From the IMG/VR virus record IMGVR_UViG_3300037339_000442, positions 1 through 42,371 of that record: a stretch of DNA of 42,371 bases. One strand, written 5' to 3'. Made by a program: the position numbers and the translations under genes. Of the stretch, positions 35,360 to 42,371 are shown piece by piece; within the stretch, counting starts at the first letter, position 1, and each line of letters starts with the position of its first letter. Origin of the DNA: a virus (taxonomy: Duplodnaviria; Caudoviricetes). The notes beneath the pieces are model-generated. The model was not told the origin of the DNA. It did not search any database and was given only the letters and a program-made list of their open reading frames with translations.

Positions 35360-35849
35360 CTAATGAGTCCTCTACGATCTTTCGCACTGTGGCCATATCC
35401 AGCCGACCAGTTAGATCAACCTTCGCAGGAGAATCAAGCCCAAGGTACTTAGCTCGGCGGTCCATAATCTTGAGGACTCTATCCACTAAGAATGGGTCCA
35501 ACGGCTGATACTTTCCGCCCTTCTTCCTCTTCAGCTCGTTACTTATTCGCCGCTGGAGCTCGTCGAGAGTCATCAGGTCAAGGTCGCGTACAGCTTCAAC
35601 CGTATCAGAAGTTTCGCGACGTATTGTAGCCAATGCCTCCTGAACATCGTTCCAGGCAGTTTTCACTCCGCACTTCAGCAGGTGTGCGATCTGCCGATAG
35701 TTCGCCCCAGTCATTCTCAACTTCAGGGCTTTTCGCTGACGAGCTGAGATGAACTCCTTATTCTCCCGACGCCTCTCCCGCCTCTGCCGGCCAGTCTTGG
35801 CGGTCTTTATCGGCTTGGGATGCTTGGGATCGGTGGCTGGCTTTGCCAT
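35352..35849 (-). CDS. terS: Terminase small subunit (HTH)
   Basis: ALKLRMTGANYRQIA HTH and RRAKYLGLDSP motif; upstream of TerL. Confidence 0.8.
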   Translation of the reverse strand: MAKPATDPKHPKPIKTAKTGRQRRERRRENKEFISARQRKALKLRMTGANYRQIAHLLKCGVKTAWNDVQEALATIRRETSDTVEAVRDLDLMTLDELQRRISNELKRKKGGKYQPLDPFLVDRVLKIMDRRAKYLGLDSPAKVDLTGRLDMATVRKIVEDSLDE

Positions 35850-35927
35850 CTCATCTCCAACAGTTCGCATACTTATGGCCGAGGTGTCCATCGATCGTCT
35901 GCGATATACACACCCTGGCCACTTCCT

Positions 35928-35956
35928 ATCCTATACTACGCGCACCCGCCTGTCAA
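35928..35956 (-). promoter_or_regulatory. Sigma70-type promoter for the packaging/structural operon
   Basis: TTGACA-17-TAGGAT. Confidence 0.7.
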
Positions 35957-36081
35957 TGGGCTAGACTCGGATTTTCCCCATCTTTTTTCTATTGATAACT
36001 TGCCTGAGCTATTGAGATTTTCGTATCTGAGCTAGATTCAAGGACTGCCCGAAACACTCCCAGAGGACATGGCCTTTGAGA

Positions 36082-36345
36082 CTAATCTCTCCTGTCCAGC
36101 ACTGGCCTGCCTTCCTCTGGAATCTCTTCACTCGTAGCTGAGTATAGCCTCTGAACTATGACCGTAGTGATACCCAGATGCTGCTCAGGATGAAGCTGGG
36201 AGAGGACATCTACAACTGCCATCAGAGGACTTCTCGCGCTTATCCTATACTCCCCCATCTCCGGAGTAGCTCCTCTATGATGAATGATTATATGCCACTC
36301 GAAGAGTTGTACGATCTTTTCCGCCATCTCAATTGCCTCCTTCAT
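36082..36345 (-). CDS. Hypothetical protein
   Basis: Packed in the leftward operon. Confidence 0.6.
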   Translation of the reverse strand: MKEAIEMAEKIVQLFEWHIIIHHRGATPEMGEYRISARSPLMAVVDVLSQLHPEQHLGITTVIVQRLYSATSEEIPEEGRPVLDRRD

Positions 36346-36799
36346 GAATATCTCTTGTTTCTCTTTCCAGCTGATAGGGGTCTTCAGTCTCCCACCACTT
36401 CCTCCCCACCCTAACTATCGGCGTCCCCTTCCCCTTAACCTTCTCCCGAGAGCCTCCAGGCTTCACTCCTGGTCGATGAAATACGTCTGCGAGATATACG
36501 CCTAAGATTTCAACGTCAACCCCATAGATCGGGTCAACCTTATAATCCCGGTGCTCAAGATGTCCGACCTCGATGAGCCTCCGAATGACCTCCACTTCCT
36601 TGGTCCTCAGCTCCTTGCCCTTGCTGAAAAAGAAATATGGCTTCCCCCATACACGATAGTATCCGAAGCGGACATCGTAGCCGCAGGCTTCACACGAGCA
36701 GATCACATACTCATTAACACCCACCGTAACCTCTCGCTGCCGACAACCCCCACCCTGCCAGCTTTGATGTCCATCCTTTACGATGAGTTTATCTGCCAC
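36329..36799 (-). CDS. Hypothetical protein
   Basis: Packed in the operon; CSCEAC motif. Confidence 0.6.
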   Translation of the reverse strand: MADKLIVKDGHQSWQGGGCRQREVTVGVNEYVICSCEACGYDVRFGYYRVWGKPYFFFSKGKELRTKEVEVIRRLIEVGHLEHRDYKVDPIYGVDVEILGVYLADVFHRPGVKPGGSREKVKGKGTPIVRVGRKWWETEDPYQLERETRDIHEGGN

Positions 36800-36959
36800 G
36801 TAGTAACCTCTCTGGGACCAGATGCCTGGACGGGCAGATGGTCCTTGACCCTACGCATTTTGCTCCTGTCTGCGATGCCTTGCAAATATGTCTGACAGGA
36901 TCAAAGTTCTTGCAGACCATCTTCACCGACCTTGGCTTCCTCAGTATTGTCCTCGTCAT
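36789..36959 (-). CDS. 56-aa Cys-rich protein, absent from the ORF track
   Basis: MTRTILRK...C...C...C...C; ATGA overlap with the upstream stop. Confidence 0.5.
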   Translation of the reverse strand: MTRTILRKPRSVKMVCKNFDPVRHICKASQTGAKCVGSRTICPSRHLVPERLLRGR

Positions 36960-37300
36960 CCTGACCTCGCCTTGTGCTCCTCCAGTAGCCGAATCCTCTT
37001 GCCGAGCCTGATCGCATAGGCCATCTCGTTCTGTGTTGAGACTCCGGTGTAGCCGCCAACGTTGAGGATGAATACCTCATCCGCCATAGCAATCTTTCGC
37101 ATATGAAGGTCGTCGAGCATTTCCTTCGTCTCAGCTGTAAGCTCCCGCCCGTCGGCGTGATGGAAAAGATGCGGCATCAAGACTATGTTTCCTGCGAGTG
37201 TCTCTGATACCGCCACTTCCATGAACTGGTCCTTGAACCGACTACTCCCGCATAACACTACAATCTTTGGTCTGGGATCGACTACTCTCAAATCAGCCAC
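36956..37300 (-). CDS. Nucleoside 2-deoxyribosyltransferase-like (flavodoxin-fold) protein
   Basis: VVLCGS, KIAMADEVFIL, GYTGVSTQNEMAYA...GK pattern. Confidence 0.7.
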   Translation of the reverse strand: MADLRVVDPRPKIVVLCGSSRFKDQFMEVAVSETLAGNIVLMPHLFHHADGRELTAETKEMLDDLHMRKIAMADEVFILNVGGYTGVSTQNEMAYAIRLGKRIRLLEEHKARSG

Positions 37301-37563
37301 TATAGCACTCCCTTCCTTTCACCGTCCCCGAACAGGAACTCGACTCTAGCCCGCCGGATACAAAGCCGACAATCTCTGGGATGATGTCTTCTTAGGAGAC
37401 TCTCGTCATGACCAAATCCTTCTAGTGCCGTCAGCAAGATAACCTTGACGGTGGTGTGAATAGCCGCAATAGCATGTGCCCCACCAGATGTACTCTTATT
37501 CCAGCCAAATCCTAGCTGGACATCTAGTCTCGCCTTCGCCTCCTCAAGTCCCAAAGGTTTCAT
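37300..37563 (-). CDS. Hypothetical protein
   Basis: Translationally coupled; H...CRLC. Confidence 0.6.
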   Translation of the reverse strand: MKPLGLEEAKARLDVQLGFGWNKSTSGGAHAIAAIHTTVKVILLTALEGFGHDESLLRRHHPRDCRLCIRRARVEFLFGDGERKGVL

Positions 37564-37772
37564 TCTGGTACTCCCTTCTTCTGAATCTCTTCAATCCCTT
37601 CAAGGTTGATCTGGAGTCCCTCACCCAGTCCTATCCAAAAATCAACCTCTTCCATGCCTGCCGGCAGCCGAGCAAGAACTTTCATCTTCCCCTTTCCTCT
37701 ATCGACATAAAGGTGAAGACCAGCTCGCTCCGGAACATCGCCTGTGCATAATCTCCGAACTCTCAAACCCAT
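37560..37772 (-). CDS. Hypothetical protein
   Basis: TAAGGAG RBS. Confidence 0.6.
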   Translation of the reverse strand: MGLRVRRLCTGDVPERAGLHLYVDRGKGKMKVLARLPAGMEEVDFWIGLGEGLQINLEGIEEIQKKGVPE

Positions 37773-37824
37773 CCCATCTCCCTTATTTCATCCTCTATAT
37801 AATCGTGTCGGGCATGTCCGTAGT

Positions 37825-37874
37825 CATAAACCTAGACGATCCCCCCCTAAAGGGGGGTATCGCTAGGGTTTATG
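37825..37874. repeat. Imperfect palindrome of about 50 bp centred on CCCCCC-TAAA-GGGGGG (origin/priming-site candidate)
   Basis: cataaacctag-acgat-ccccccc-taaa-gggggg-tatcg-ctagggtttatg in a non-coding gap. Confidence 0.75.
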
Positions 37875-37935
37875 CCTCACGTCCCCTCATGCGGTCGCCT
37901 CCTTTCCTTCAAAACTATACGATCAACTCTCATCA

Positions 37936-38034
37936 CTACTTCCACGGGTGCTTGTATTGCCAGATCACCCAAACGATGTAGACAATAACAACCGCCAGGA
38001 TGACCTGTCCCTCTATGAACTGAAAAGTATCCAT
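37936..38034 (-). CDS. 32-aa membrane peptide, absent from the ORF track
   Basis: MDTFQFIEGQVILAVVIVYIVWVIWQYKHPWK. Confidence 0.5.
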   Translation of the reverse strand: MDTFQFIEGQVILAVVIVYIVWVIWQYKHPWK

Positions 38035-38044
38035 CGCTTATTCC

Positions 38045-38245
38045 CTATCTCCACCGATACTCGCGAACCCACCACCTCCATCGCCACGAGCATTCTTCGG
38101 ATGCGGAGAACCTTCGGATGGCCCAGGCTGCCCGCTCACTCGTTGCTCCAAGCCGTCCCATAACTGCAGCCGTCTTCACCAGCCTCCTTCTCAGACGTCG
38201 CCACTGCCACCTAATCCTATACCGTCTAAACTTCTCTTTCATCAT
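38045..38245 (-). CDS. Arg/Trp-rich small protein
   Basis: GGAGGAG RBS. Confidence 0.5.
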   Translation of the reverse strand: MMKEKFRRYRIRWQWRRLRRRLVKTAAVMGRLGATSERAAWAIRRFSASEECSWRWRWWVREYRWR

Positions 38246-38257
38246 CTCCTCCAGAAG

Positions 38258-39238
38258 CTACCGTAAGGCTCTACACTCTGCCGAGGCTATACTCAGAATG
38301 GAGAAGATCGCATCAAGACCCGCCTGATTGGGTAATCTGAACAAGCGAGCTACTTCCTCCCAGGTTGTTTGACGTTCAATAGCCTCCATAACGCATTCAC
38401 AATAGGCTGTATTATGGTAAAGAGGGTGGCCAGTACAACTCTCCCAGGCCATATCTCGATAAGGTGATGGCGAGGGCGTAGGAGGTTGTCCCACCTCCTC
38501 GATTGTTACTGGACATGGCCCTGACGAGCTATCCCCACAGAGTAGAGCGTATCCCAGCTCCGACGTATCGAGCATCGTCTCAGAACAGCCTGGGCAAGAG
38601 TCAACTCGTACCATGTCGACGCATCCTATCGGACCGCAAATTCTGAGTTTGGTACCGCAACCCCAGCGGCTGTAGTTGGCTGGTCCGACGGCGAGGATAG
38701 TTGGGTCGTCTGAGCTGTATTCACCTGCGCCGGAGCATCCGAGAGGCTGCCCGTTATAACTGGGCCCATAGGAGGTGATTGTATAGCCTCCAGTATGCAA
38801 TTCATCCTCGCCAGGGCTTCTTCCATCCTCTCGACCAGCTCCGTCGCCTGGCGGAGTCGGCACCTCAGCGCCACCCGACCAGTTTCGTCCTCCAGTGCCC
38901 CCAGTCGCTTCAGTATCCTCTCGTTGGTTTTCAGCTGTCGGCTCCAGGCACCAGTCTTCAAGTCCGGCTGGAAAGGCTTGTTCGCTCCAGTCGCTGCACC
39001 AGTCAATCCGTCCTCTGATATTATCCTGGACATTATCCAGGCAGGATATTCCAGTGGCGTCGTAGACTTCCTCCGGAGGTGAATCCACCAGAACATGGCT
39101 GCTCCGACCAGGACTCCAGCTATCAGTACCACTATGATTCGATCGTCCATCGCTACCATCCTTTCCGCAAGCCGCTGCGCCAATCAGGATAACCGATAAG
39201 GCGCAGCGGCCTAGCCATACTATGCTGACCTCGCTTCG
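38258..39238 (-). CDS. RlpA/expansin-like double-psi beta-barrel protein, probably exported or a lipoprotein; start uncertain
   Basis: ITSYG...GC...AVG...CGTKLRI...V.RVDSCPGC...LD.S; the frame stays open up to 39238 and includes a signal-like VWLGRCALSVILIGAAA-C. Confidence 0.6.
   Translation of the reverse strand, partial: RSEVSIVWLGRCALSVILIGAAACGKDGSDGRSNHSGTDSWSPGRSSHVLVDSPPEEVYDATGISCLDNVQDNIRGRIDWCSDWSEQAFPAGLEDWCLEPTAENQREDTEATGGTGGRNWSGGAEVPTPPGDGAGREDGRSPGEDELHTGGYTITSYGPSYNGQPLGCSGAGEYSSDDPTILAVGPANYSRWGCGTKLRICGPIGCVDMVRVDSCPGCSETMLDTSELGYALLCGDSSSGPCPVTIEEVGQPPTPSPSPYRDMAWESCTGHPLYHNTAYCECVMEAIERQTTWEEVARLFRLPNQAGLDAIFSILSIASAECRALR
38626..39150 (-). CDS. Membrane-anchored helical protein overlapping the DPBB gene in another frame
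   Basis: N-terminal TM IIVVLIAGVLVGAAMFWWI followed by RRK and a coiled-coil-like segment. Confidence 0.5.
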   Translation of the reverse strand: MDDRIIVVLIAGVLVGAAMFWWIHLRRKSTTPLEYPAWIMSRIISEDGLTGAATGANKPFQPDLKTGAWSRQLKTNERILKRLGALEDETGRVALRCRLRQATELVERMEEALARMNCILEAIQSPPMGPVITGSLSDAPAQVNTAQTTQLSSPSDQPTTAAGVAVPNSEFAVR

Positions 39239-39324
39239 TTAAAGACTGTTCTGTTGCGGTTCATCTCTCTTAACCTCCTCGTCCATGACTGTAAACCTGA
39301 CGATCATTTAGACAGAATCGTCGA

Positions 39325-39654
39325 CTATTCGAATCTGTCATCCGGAGATATTTTACTGGGATCGTCATGTTTGCGTACTAGGTCGCTATGTATTGTCTCT
39401 GCGAGTCTTTCCCCAATGAACGGCTCAATTCTCTCCCATGTTTGAATTCCATCGTATGCGGCTTGGACTGGCCAAGTCCGCTCATAACCGCAGAACTTGC
39501 AGCGACCAGGAAAGCGTCCTGCCGTGTTAGCTTCCCCCTCTATCATATACCAGTGGGTGCCAGTAGGAGAGCCCGGACAGCTGACCTCCTGTGGGCACCG
39601 TGGCCTTTGGATAGGCTCGTTCAGGACTACCCCTGGAGCGGATAGTTCAGCCAT
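39325..39654 (-). CDS. Hypothetical Zn-finger-like protein
   Basis: CP...HW...CKFC; GGAG RBS. Confidence 0.65.
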   Translation of the reverse strand: MAELSAPGVVLNEPIQRPRCPQEVSCPGSPTGTHWYMIEGEANTAGRFPGRCKFCGYERTWPVQAAYDGIQTWERIEPFIGERLAETIHSDLVRKHDDPSKISPDDRFE

Positions 39655-39657
39655 GTC

Positions 39658-39867
39658 TTAGTCATCTCCCCCGGACAATCTCGCAACCTCCAGCTCAGTT
39701 ACTCCCCTCCGCGTCTTCCCCACGATGACTGGAATACCAACAGGAACGGACTCATGTGCGAGGTTTTTTCCAATGCCGAGGATTAGATAGTCCTGCCCAG
39801 TTGTTTTGTCGACCATCAGCACCGGGCCGACGATGTCGATAATCCTCGCAAGCTCCCCAATCTTCAT
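39658..39867 (-). CDS. Hypothetical protein
   Basis: ATGA-coupled, with an RBS. Confidence 0.6.
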   Translation of the reverse strand: MKIGELARIIDIVGPVLMVDKTTGQDYLILGIGKNLAHESVPVGIPVIVGKTRRGVTELEVARLSGGDD

Positions 39868-40064
39868 TGACTACCTTCTCCCTTCAAGACTCCCCGCCGT
39901 TCTAATTCCCGCCGCAGTTCTAAAGTTGAGGGGTTCGTTACCATCATTAGTTCACCATAGGCCGGGGCATATCCCCCATGCGCCCTTTCCTCATTGAATG
40001 CAATCATTCCCTCTGTTTCAATTTTTGCCAGTACGGCCAATGCGATTAGTTCAGCATCATTCAT
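39864..40064 (-). CDS. Hypothetical protein
   Basis: GAGGAG RBS before MNDAEL (40064). Confidence 0.6.
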   Translation of the reverse strand: MNDAELIALAVLAKIETEGMIAFNEERAHGGYAPAYGELMMVTNPSTLELRRELERRGVLKGEGSQ

Positions 40065-41979
40065 GACCGTCTCCTCGGTTGCTGGGATAGAGTTTTGAGG
40101 GTTTCCCCCGCCCACCTCCATCCTCTATGACAATCTTCCCCACGGTCTCAAGTCCCGAGACTATTCGCAGGAGAACTCTTCGCGCCTTCCCGGTCTTATC
40201 GGCCATCTCCAGAAGGGTTATGCCCGGATGCTCGTATATGAGATCAAGGATTTCGTTGGCCTCGCCTTTGGACTCAGACACTCTGACTAAGTATCCGAGC
40301 TGGCCCGGGTCTTCCATCTCGAAGGCCAGCTCAAGAGAGGCTCGCTTGGGGAATGCTCTTGACTCCCGCTCCATCTCAACGAGATGTTTCGCTTCATCTT
40401 TAATCGTCAGATAGATAGCAGACTCAACCCAGCCGTGAAGAGTAGTGCTTCCCAGCATCCTCTGCCCCCCTCGCGGCGAGACGTTGTGCTTGGCATTGTG
40501 GTGGACTATAATGATTGAGCAGTGGTGCTTAAACTTTATCGCATTTAACCAGTTAAGAATAGGTCGCAACTCCCGTGAGTTGTTCTCGTCTACGTCGCCG
40601 AGGACAAGATATAGAGGATCAAGAATGATGGCTTTGGGCTTGATCCTTGCGATTGTCTCCTCTAAGAACATGCGATCCTCTTCGAGCGAGAGATCGAAGC
40701 CGTAGTTATTTAGGAAGTATATAGGAAGGTCTGGTGGGAAGGTTATCAGCAGCCGCCTGCCCTTCTTCTGGACCTTCCCTGCCAGCAGTCCTCGGGCGTT
40801 GGCTATCTTCAGTAAGCGGTCCTGGACTAGCCACGGCGTGTTCTCTTCTTGTATGACTAGGACTGGTCCGGGATCATTGCACTTGAACTTTCCATACATC
40901 GCCACTCCTGAAGCGATGCAAACAACCATCTCGGTAGTGAACATAGACTTATATGATTTAGGCTCGCCGGCTACTATCCCGTGGCTGGCCGTTCCCCATA
41001 TATCATCAATCTGCCAACGCGATTGCGTGAAGCGCATAGCCATCATCTGCGAGTATGTCGTGAGCCGAGGTTCTTGACGCCCCGATGAGGTTGTTATCAT
41101 AGGAACCTCCACCTGGACAGTCGCATGTGCCTTGAGCGCCTCCGTCCATAAACGACGTATCTCATCGGGCCTGCCGGCGAACTTATTCCAAGAAGAGGCT
41201 TGAGCAACAACCAGAATCTCCCTCGGCTCTAGTCCAGCTTCTGCGAGCAAGCACTCTATCTCCCATAAGCGAGCTGATCGGTCTTGACCTTCAACATGAC
41301 GAGCGGGTTCTCCAAGAAGCTGGACCAGCCGCCCGCTCATTCTTCCACGATACTTCTCCCGGATGCTCGCAGCGGACAAATCTCCTAGCTTGGGAATCTT
41401 CTCATTGACAACTGCCGATTCAGGAGGTTCAGGAAGGTGATTTAGTTCTTTTATGGAGTGTACTGGTCCGTCGTTCCAGAGGACTCTGACCCTGAAGGGC
41501 TGGTCGTACTTGTTATTAAAGGTGCCCGGGATGCGAAGGACTTGTGTCAAGTCCCAGCCGCCTGGGTCGGCTCCTGTCGCGTATGTGAGCCTCTTAGATA
41601 GCCTGGCCGCGTCCTGGGGCGATACCTTCCTCTTTAACTGCCACAGGGCTTGGTATCTCCCAGGCGATGATTCCCACGCGAGCGTAGGCTTAGGCTTAAT
41701 CCTCCGTGGATCAGCCTCATCAAGATCAGCCCATAAGAAGTGAGTTGGTAAGACATTAGAAGCTCGACGTCGTGGCTGGGATAATGGAGTAGGGCAGAAG
41801 TAGCAGTCGGAACCTTCGGCGACCTGTTTCCTTATCCAATCAATAATGGCCTTCTTATCTTCGGGCCACTTATAAGGATGTCGCTCGTACCAGACTCCTC
41901 GGCTAGACTTAACCGGGACTGATACCCAGCCTGCCGCTCGTCCCCATACATCGGTAAGGAAGGCGAGGTCGAACTTCAT
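40057..41979 (-). CDS. Primase-helicase: RepB'-like archaeo-eukaryotic primase, AAA_25/RepA-like helicase and C-terminal winged HTH
   Basis: LWADLD, SSPGRYQALW, VLRIPGT.N.K; GEPKSYKS, IILDPL, IVHH, GST.LHGW. Confidence 0.9.
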   Translation of the reverse strand: MKFDLAFLTDVWGRAAGWVSVPVKSSRGVWYERHPYKWPEDKKAIIDWIRKQVAEGSDCYFCPTPLSQPRRRASNVLPTHFLWADLDEADPRRIKPKPTLAWESSPGRYQALWQLKRKVSPQDAARLSKRLTYATGADPGGWDLTQVLRIPGTFNNKYDQPFRVRVLWNDGPVHSIKELNHLPEPPESAVVNEKIPKLGDLSAASIREKYRGRMSGRLVQLLGEPARHVEGQDRSARLWEIECLLAEAGLEPREILVVAQASSWNKFAGRPDEIRRLWTEALKAHATVQVEVPMITTSSGRQEPRLTTYSQMMAMRFTQSRWQIDDIWGTASHGIVAGEPKSYKSMFTTEMVVCIASGVAMYGKFKCNDPGPVLVIQEENTPWLVQDRLLKIANARGLLAGKVQKKGRRLLITFPPDLPIYFLNNYGFDLSLEEDRMFLEETIARIKPKAIILDPLYLVLGDVDENNSRELRPILNWLNAIKFKHHCSIIIVHHNAKHNVSPRGGQRMLGSTTLHGWVESAIYLTIKDEAKHLVEMERESRAFPKRASLELAFEMEDPGQLGYLVRVSESKGEANEILDLIYEHPGITLLEMADKTGKARRVLLRIVSGLETVGKIVIEDGGGRGKPSKLYPSNRGDGHE

Positions 41980-41985
41980 GCGGGG

Positions 41986-42186
41986 TTAGTCCCCGTCGCC
42001 TGGCGGCCAACTCTCTGGTAGGTCGGTGGCTTTTATGACATAAACCCATCCGAACCTTCTGGCCTTCAGCCTCCCGAGCCTGATCTCTCTGAGCACCTGG
42101 CCAGGAGTTATGCCGAAGTGCTCAGCTACGTCCCGGGTGGTCATCGACTTCCCCCGAGACTTCTCTTGCTTCGTGCTTGCTACCAT
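41986..42186 (-). CDS. Excisionase/MerR-like HTH DNA-binding protein (66 aa)
   Basis: MTTRDVAEHFGIT...IRLGRLKARRFG; AGGAGG RBS before ATG 42186. Confidence 0.85.
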   Translation of the reverse strand: MVASTKQEKSRGKSMTTRDVAEHFGITPGQVLREIRLGRLKARRFGWVYVIKATDLPESWPPGDGD

Positions 42187-42248
42187 ATAGCCTCCCCTCC
42201 TCAGGACTGAGCCTTGTTCCTCTATAATTATATTATACGTGTCAAGTC
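42150..42248. repeat. Terminal direct repeat, copy 2
   Basis: Identical to 1-99. Confidence 0.95.
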
Positions 42249-42371
42249 CCCGTCGCCTGGCGGCCAACTCTCTGGTAGGTCGGTGGCTTTTATGACATAA
42301 ACCCATCCGAACCTTCTGGCCTTCAGCCTCCCGAGCCTGATCTCTCTGAGCACCTGGCCAGGAGTTATGCC
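42245..42371. repeat. 127-bp exact duplicate of 41988-42114 (probable assembly artefact)
   Basis: Base-for-base match, joined through a 4-nt AGTC microhomology. Confidence 0.9.

Larger units (their letters stand above)
1..42149. mobile_element. Complete or near-complete tailed bacteriophage genome (siphovirus-like, Mu-type head module), circularly permuted
   Basis: Full set of terminase, portal, protease, capsid, tail, tape measure, lysis and replication genes; no host housekeeping genes; 1-99 repeated at 42150-42248. Confidence 0.95.

Noticed and set aside
569-41743. Numerous 60-195-aa ORFs antisense to or inside the called genes
   Set aside because: No RBS or recognisable motifs, and they overlap well-supported genes; expected shadows in GC-rich DNA.
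41986-42306. 106-aa version of the HTH ORF
   Set aside because: Its N-terminal extension crosses the promoter and the artefactual duplication; the RBS supports the start at 42186.
42245-42371. 127-bp duplication of 41988-42114 as a biological repeat or att site
   Set aside because: Exact copy at the contig end, beyond the 99-bp circular overlap, joined by a 4-nt microhomology; 99 and 127 are common assembler k-mer sizes. Most likely an artefact; read mapping would settle it.
1-42371. Alternative genetic code or stop-codon reassignment
   Set aside because: All core genes are full length in the standard code, and TAA, TAG and TGA all occur as stops at gene junctions.

Overview
The window is an apparently complete tailed-phage genome (siphovirus-like, Mu-type head genes), circularly closed at about 42,149 bp: positions 1-99 recur at 42150-42248, and the last 127 bp look like an assembly artefact. 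Layout: leftward early genes (DUF932, DUF2786, small ORFs; about 200-3280). A rightward replication/nucleotide operon (SNF2 helicase, dNMP kinase, all-alpha NTP pyrophosphatase, two thymidylate-synthase-fold genes, dCMP deaminase, UDG-fused family A polymerase, PD-(D/E)XK nuclease, Sak4-like ATPase, SSB, VRR-NUC; 3404-13776). A leftward late block (TerS, TerL, portal, protease, capsid, tail, lysis; 13907-35849). A leftward HTH/primase-helicase/accessory block (36082-42186). No integrase, tRNA or CRISPR array was recognised. Three things stand out. (1) An identical 15-aa tag, LYSPDQERDEQGKWT, written with different synonymous codons, heads three in-frame cargo domains: two ADP-ribosyltransferase-like domains inside a portal-MuF fusion and one unknown domain inside the prohead protease/scaffold. 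This suggests a tagged, protease-released, virion-delivered effector system. (2) The nucleotide operon has a dCMP-type (Asp) TS-fold enzyme, a degenerate TS-fold partner and a dCMP deaminase next to a UDG-PolA, which suggests a non-standard pyrimidine pathway. (3) Three replication operons are preceded by perfect TTGACA/TATAAT boxes only 7 bp apart. All family calls come from reading motifs by eye; no database search was run.
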